Positions 59,758 to 64,000 of a stretch of 64,000 bases of DNA are shown here, in pieces. The stretch spans positions 706 through 64,705 of IMG/VR virus record IMGVR_UViG_3300037312_000542; one strand, given 5' to 3'. How positions within the stretch are numbered: position 1 is the stretch's first letter; each line of letters begins with the position of its first letter. The DNA comes from a virus. Taxonomy: Duplodnaviria > Caudoviricetes. Made by a program: the position numbers and the translations under genes. The notes under the pieces were generated by a model. It worked only from the letters and a program-made list of their open reading frames with translations. It had not been told where the DNA came from and ran no database searches.

Positions 59758-59786
59758 GTTGACAAACAACGAAAGCGTAGTAACCC
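59758..59786 (+). promoter_or_regulatory. motif promoter 21
   Basis: GTTGACAAAC...GTAG-TAACCC. Confidence 0.7.
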
Positions 59787-59859
59787 TACAAGGGTCGCCC
59801 GACGCTCGCAAGCAAAGGGCGGCCCTTTTTAACAGCAGCCCGCGCGGAGGCGGAACACC

Positions 59860-60558
59860 ATGTACGGCTGGAACGAGCGACCCACGAAAGCGGAAATTAA
59901 GCACTTCATCGGCGGTGATTCGCCCGCCGCTGTGCTCAAGATTGGTGAGTACCTGGTCACCTTCCCGTGGAAGGAAGGCAACGACGCGCTCGCGGTGACG
60001 TATCGATCCGAACATCGCCACTCCACGAACCCACGCGAAACGCTTCCAAACATGGAAGTGTGCGACGGTCAGATTCGTATTGAATTGACCGACCTAGTCG
60101 GCCTTGTCCTGTCGCGGCTCGAACCCGCTGATCTCGCGCAGACGCTCTGGCAAGATGAAGAGGTTCGGCGCGAATTCATGGGTTGCCTTATCCGCCGTTA
60201 TAACGAGCAGGGTATTGGCGATAAAGAGCGCCGCGAATTCCTAGCTGGCGTGAAAGAAACGATCCACGACGAGTCGGTCGACCGCGCGGCGGCGGCGCTT
60301 GCATCCGGCGAATACAATTTCGCCAAGGAATTCTACACGCACGACACCATTGATCGCGTCAACCGCTTTCTGCGCGACCGAGAAGTGCGTCGGGAGGACG
60401 GCGAAGTCGTGCAGTTCAAATCCGAGAGCCAAGTCGACCAGTTCAAGATCGGCGGAGCCGCGTGGAACGAGGCTCGCGACTACTGGCGCGAAAAGATCGC
60501 CGAGAGGTTTCCGGCACCGGTCGCGGTTGAGAGTGAGACCGCAGAGGATTTGAAATGA
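59860..60558 (+). CDS. hypothetical protein
   Basis: 232 aa, GGAGG RBS, behind motif promoter. Confidence 0.7.
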   Translation: MYGWNERPTKAEIKHFIGGDSPAAVLKIGEYLVTFPWKEGNDALAVTYRSEHRHSTNPRETLPNMEVCDGQIRIELTDLVGLVLSRLEPADLAQTLWQDEEVRREFMGCLIRRYNEQGIGDKERREFLAGVKETIHDESVDRAAAALASGEYNFAKEFYTHDTIDRVNRFLRDREVRREDGEVVQFKSESQVDQFKIGGAAWNEARDYWREKIAERFPAPVAVESETAEDLK

Positions 60559-61634
60559 GCATCAACATCGACGAACACGCGCAACATGCCGTCTATGCGC
60601 CTTCCAGCGCGCATCGCTGGACCCATTGCACCGCAAGTGCGGAAGCGATCGCGAAACTCCCGGTGCAGGAATCGGGCGAAGCGGCCATCGCGGGCACCGA
60701 GGCGCATGAAGAGTTAGAGCGCGTGCTTGGCGGCGGTGTCCCCAATCCGGACCACCCGGCGGCGTATATCGTCGCGCTCGCGGTCAACTACACCAAGCAG
60801 TTGCCTCCCGGCAAAGTATGGGCCGAGCAGCGCGTGGCGTTGAACGAACAGATTTGGGGTCGGTGCGACGTGTCGCATTGGGACGACGCGACGTCCACCT
60901 TGACCATTCTGGACATGAAAAACGGGTTCATCGACGTGGCGGTCGAGGAAAACGAACAGTTGATGATTTACGCAGCGGCGTCGGTTTACACGCACAATCT
61001 GCCGGTGAAGTGGATCCGTCTCGTCGTCGTCCAACCGAATTCCTTTATCCCAGGCGTTCCGAAGGTAAAGCAGTGGGTGACCGATGCCGATACGCTGTTT
61101 GCGTTCGCGCAGCGCGTGGCGGTGATTCCGCGCGCGCCGAAGGAATTCAGAGCCGGGGAATGGTGTCGCTACTGTCCGTTGTTCGGCAAATGTCAGCCGA
61201 CGATCGATCTGCTGGCGCATCTGTCCGTCGCGCTACAGCATTCGCCGAGCGAAGTGCCCGCCGCGTCGCGCGCTCAATTCCTGACCGTCAAACGCCCGAT
61301 CGAGGACTGGTTCAAGTCGGCCGATAAGGCATGGACAGCGGACGCGTTGAAGAACGGCGCACCGGAAGGAATGAAGATCGTCACCGCAACCACGCGGCGC
61401 GCATGGAAAGACGAAACGGCTGCCAAGGCGGCGGTGCTGGCGAAATTCGGACCGGACGCCCTCGACGTTCCGACGCCTGCTGCAGCGGAGAAGTTGGGGC
61501 TCGATGTGTCCGACATGGTGACGTCGCCGGAAGGTGCGCCGGTGCTCGCGTTCGCGTCGGATAAGAGGCGTCCGTTCGAGAGGAAATCGGCGGCGGAGAT
61601 GTTCGCGGGTGTGACAGCAGGAGCGGGGAAATGA
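60555..61634 (+). CDS. DUF2800 (Cas4-like PD-(D/E)xK) exonuclease
   Basis: HAVYAPSSAHRW..C..S, GTEAH, GRCD, DMKNG, QLMIYA, GEWCRYCP. Confidence 0.85.
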   Translation: MSINIDEHAQHAVYAPSSAHRWTHCTASAEAIAKLPVQESGEAAIAGTEAHEELERVLGGGVPNPDHPAAYIVALAVNYTKQLPPGKVWAEQRVALNEQIWGRCDVSHWDDATSTLTILDMKNGFIDVAVEENEQLMIYAAASVYTHNLPVKWIRLVVVQPNSFIPGVPKVKQWVTDADTLFAFAQRVAVIPRAPKEFRAGEWCRYCPLFGKCQPTIDLLAHLSVALQHSPSEVPAASRAQFLTVKRPIEDWFKSADKAWTADALKNGAPEGMKIVTATTRRAWKDETAAKAAVLAKFGPDALDVPTPAAAEKLGLDVSDMVTSPEGAPVLAFASDKRRPFERKSAAEMFAGVTAGAGK

Positions 61635-62584
61635 CAACTATCACAGCCAAGACCATCCTTCGCAGCCGCAACGCCGCATCGCCGGACAAGGTGTTGAGCA
61701 CCCTGTTGCTCCGTCTTCCCCGATGGATTCACGCCGAAGGGCGCACTCACCGGCTGATTGAAATCTTCGAGGGTTACGGCATCACGCCGTATACGCCGGC
61801 TCTAATGGACTGTGACGATCTCTCCCGCAACGCCGGTAGTTCGCGCGCCATTCCCATCGAGAAGCTGATTCAGGACGTCTTGGATGATACGGCTGTCCCG
61901 CTCTATTGGGGCAAAAACATCGCCGGGATGCAGGCGCACGAGGAATTGCCGCCCCATCTGATCGAACTTGCGAAGGCTGAGTGGTTCGGCGCACGAGACG
62001 ACGCGATCAAGAGGGCACGGAAACTCGCTGTGCTCGATCCTGAGTTGAAGATCGGCGCTCACAAACAGATCGTCAATCGGCTGCTCGAACCCTTCAGCCA
62101 CATCACGGTGCTGGTTTCAGCGACCGAATGGTCTAATTTTCTCGCCCTGCGCGATCACCCCGACGCTGAGCCCCATATTGCCATGCTGGCGCGCGAAGTT
62201 CGGAAGTGCCTGGATCGAACGGACGACATTCAGACGCTCCAGCCGGGTGAGTGGCATTTGCCTTTTGCTGCCGAGGGTGCCGGAAAGCAACCGTGGGCCG
62301 GCTCCGATGCTATCTCTGATGCGATCAAACTCTCCGTCTCTCGCTGCGCCTCGACCTCCTACAAGACCGTCGACGGCTTCGAAATGACGCTGGAACGCGC
62401 CATCGCCCTCCATGACAAGTTGGTCGCCTCGACGCCGCTTCACGCCAGTCCTTGCGAGCACGTCGCGCAGGCGGATGATGGTATGTCACTCGGCGCCGGA
62501 TGGCATTGGGCGTGTCCCGAGCAGCACGGCAACTTTTCGGGCTTCCGTCAGTACCGGAAGATGCTCCCGAGCGAGTGTTTGTAG
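61631..62584 (+). CDS. thyX: ThyX-like flavin-dependent thymidylate synthase
   Basis: PRWIHAE..THR...SRNAGSSRAIP; HKQIVNRLLEPF; HASPCEH. Confidence 0.7.
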   Translation: MTTITAKTILRSRNAASPDKVLSTLLLRLPRWIHAEGRTHRLIEIFEGYGITPYTPALMDCDDLSRNAGSSRAIPIEKLIQDVLDDTAVPLYWGKNIAGMQAHEELPPHLIELAKAEWFGARDDAIKRARKLAVLDPELKIGAHKQIVNRLLEPFSHITVLVSATEWSNFLALRDHPDAEPHIAMLAREVRKCLDRTDDIQTLQPGEWHLPFAAEGAGKQPWAGSDAISDAIKLSVSRCASTSYKTVDGFEMTLERAIALHDKLVASTPLHASPCEHVAQADDGMSLGAGWHWACPEQHGNFSGFRQYRKMLPSECL

Positions 62585-62589
62585 TAGCA

Positions 62590-62618
62590 GTTGACAAACA
62601 GCGGAAACGTAGTAAGGT
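62590..62618 (+). promoter_or_regulatory. motif promoter 22 (SSB)
   Basis: GTTGACAAAC...GTAG-TAAGGT. Confidence 0.75.
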
Positions 62619-62669
62619 AACGATATTCAACGATCTCAATGACCCCAACGTAACCAGGAGTTCAACGAT

Positions 62670-63644
62670 ATGACTGCAGTACCCGCCAAGATCAAATCGC
62701 AGCGAAGCGAGCCCGCGAACAGCCCGAACGAAGTCGTCGCCGCTTATCCCTATTTCCACGAGAAGCGCACCAAAAACGCCGCCGGCGTCCCGTTCGTCAA
62801 AAAGGATGGGACTCCCAACCCGCGCTACAGCGCCACGTTCATGTTCCCGAAGTTGTCGAACGACGCTTCGCAGTGCGCCAACTATATGTTCCTTTGGGGA
62901 CTCGCGCAGGAAGCGGCGAAGAAGATGTGGCCGCAGAACGTCGACGCGGCCGGAAATTGGGTCTGGCCCGCTGGCGCTCAGTTCGCCGTCAAGGACGGTG
63001 ACGTTCCGTTCGTCCCCAAGCCAAAGCCGGGTGTGCCGGCGCCGACCGCGGAAGAAATCGCCAAGAAAAACGCGTGGCGCAAAGGCCATTGGATCGTGGA
63101 GGCGGAAAACTTCCTCGACCCTGGACCGCGCATTGCGAAAATCATCGGCGGAGTTGCGGCTGACTTGCCGGCGAAGATCATCAACGGCGTTGAGCAATAC
63201 AAGTCCGGCGATTTCGGCTACGTCAACATCCACGCTTACGCCTATCAGAATGAGACGTTCGGCGTAAATTTTGGATTCGACGGGTTCTGCTTCACCCGCG
63301 AGGGCGAACGGATCGGCGGGGCAGGTGGCCCGAAGTCGACGCAGCAGATGTTCGGCGCCTTGGCTCCGGTCGTCGCACCGTCCACCTTGCCGCCGGGAAT
63401 GCCCGTCCCAGCCCCGTCCGCGCCTCCCATGGCACCCGCTGCGCCAGTCGCACCGACGTACCAGACCAGTCCCGCAATCGCCCCGCCGCCGCCCGCAGCC
63501 CCGCCTGTTGCGCCTGTGGCGCCGGTTGCCGTTGCACCGGCTCCGCAATACGCCTCGGCGCCCGTGGCACCCGCTGGCGGTCCGCCGATGCCGCCCATGG
63601 CACCTGCCGGTGCGCCGGGTCTGCCTCCGTTTCCGGGACGGTAG
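62670..63644 (+). CDS. ssDNA-binding protein (DUF2815/gp2.5-like) with Pro/Ala-rich tail
   Basis: YPYF, PRYSATFMFPK, VKDGD, YKSGDFG...GVNFG. Confidence 0.75.
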   Translation: MTAVPAKIKSQRSEPANSPNEVVAAYPYFHEKRTKNAAGVPFVKKDGTPNPRYSATFMFPKLSNDASQCANYMFLWGLAQEAAKKMWPQNVDAAGNWVWPAGAQFAVKDGDVPFVPKPKPGVPAPTAEEIAKKNAWRKGHWIVEAENFLDPGPRIAKIIGGVAADLPAKIINGVEQYKSGDFGYVNIHAYAYQNETFGVNFGFDGFCFTREGERIGGAGGPKSTQQMFGALAPVVAPSTLPPGMPVPAPSAPPMAPAAPVAPTYQTSPAIAPPPPAAPPVAPVAPVAVAPAPQYASAPVAPAGGPPMPPMAPAGAPGLPPFPGR

Positions 63645-63650
63645 GATCAC

Positions 63651-63692
63651 GGGGCGCGTCGGCGCCTTGCCAAGCCGCCCGCCGGGAGCGGT
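63651..63692 (+). terminator. GC-rich hairpin after SSB
   Basis: GGCGC...GGCGCCTTGCCAAGCCGCC region can fold; weak U tract. Confidence 0.3.
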
Positions 63693-63729
63693 GTGAAAAT
63701 CCCGGCACCTTTTCAAGGAGCACCATCCC

Positions 63730-64000
63730 ATGATCAAACGTATCATTTCAGGACTTGCGCTTTTCGGTGTCGCAATCACCACAGCCGGTTGCGCTCGCGA
63801 TGCTGACGTAGCGTCGCAGAACCTGTCCTACGCGGCCGACAATTTCGAAATCAATCGACGCATCGTTTTCTACAACGGCATCACCGGCGGTTACATCCTG
63901 ACCATCGAGGGACTGTGCGCACAGAAGCCGGAGGATAGCAAGAAGCTGTCCGTCACCTGCAAGACCGGTCCGGGGCAGTACAAAAAGCACTTTCTCGGCT
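63730..64000 (+). CDS. conserved phage lipoprotein-like protein (truncated by window end)
   Basis: TAGC lipobox; DADVASQNLSYAADNFEINRRIVFYNGITG. Confidence 0.7.
   Translation, partial: MIKRIISGLALFGVAITTAGCARDADVASQNLSYAADNFEINRRIVFYNGITGGYILTIEGLCAQKPEDSKKLSVTCKTGPGQYKKHFLG

Noticed and set aside
3696-62618. CRISPR array or iteron array from the repeated GTTGACAAAC motif
   Set aside because: Copies are dispersed kilobases apart at gene starts, not regularly spaced with unique spacers; no cas operon (DUF2800 is a common phage replication nuclease)

Overview
The window is almost entirely a temperate, long-tailed (siphovirus-type) dsDNA phage or excised prophage. The host is probably an alphaproteobacterium (Hyphomicrobiales-like), inferred from the GcrA-like ORF, the GTA-like tape-measure C-terminus and the tRNA-Val att core. 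It is in the non-integrated configuration: the tyrosine integrase ends next to an attP-like 3' half of tRNA-Val(TAC). Rightward replication/early genes occupy 59.1-64 kb and 0-7 kb (DUF2800 nuclease, ThyX-like, DUF2815 SSB, PolA, VRR-NUC, RlpA, xis/int), so the genome probably closes just outside the window. A long leftward arm runs from 59 kb to 8 kb: two stand-alone integrase arm-binding-domain proteins, four DNA methyltransferases, primase-helicase, small early genes, helicase, terminase, portal, scaffold, capsid, neck, a glycosyltransferase/O-methyltransferase cluster, tail and lysis genes. The most unusual observations are: (1) 22 copies of a promoter/operator motif GTTGACAAAC-N-GTAGTAnnn(T) in front of early, late and lysis modules alike; (2) two catalytic-domain-free arm-type DNA-binding proteins where cI/cro would normally sit; (3) a glycosylation/methylation cassette inside the virion operon, with Ser/Pro-rich loops in capsid and tail tube; (4) six unrelated-context proteins all ending in PPPY-stop; (5) a ~480-nt structured non-coding leader upstream of terS; (6) an overprinted two-subunit cytosine methyltransferase. 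All product calls come from motif recognition by eye; no database searches were run.
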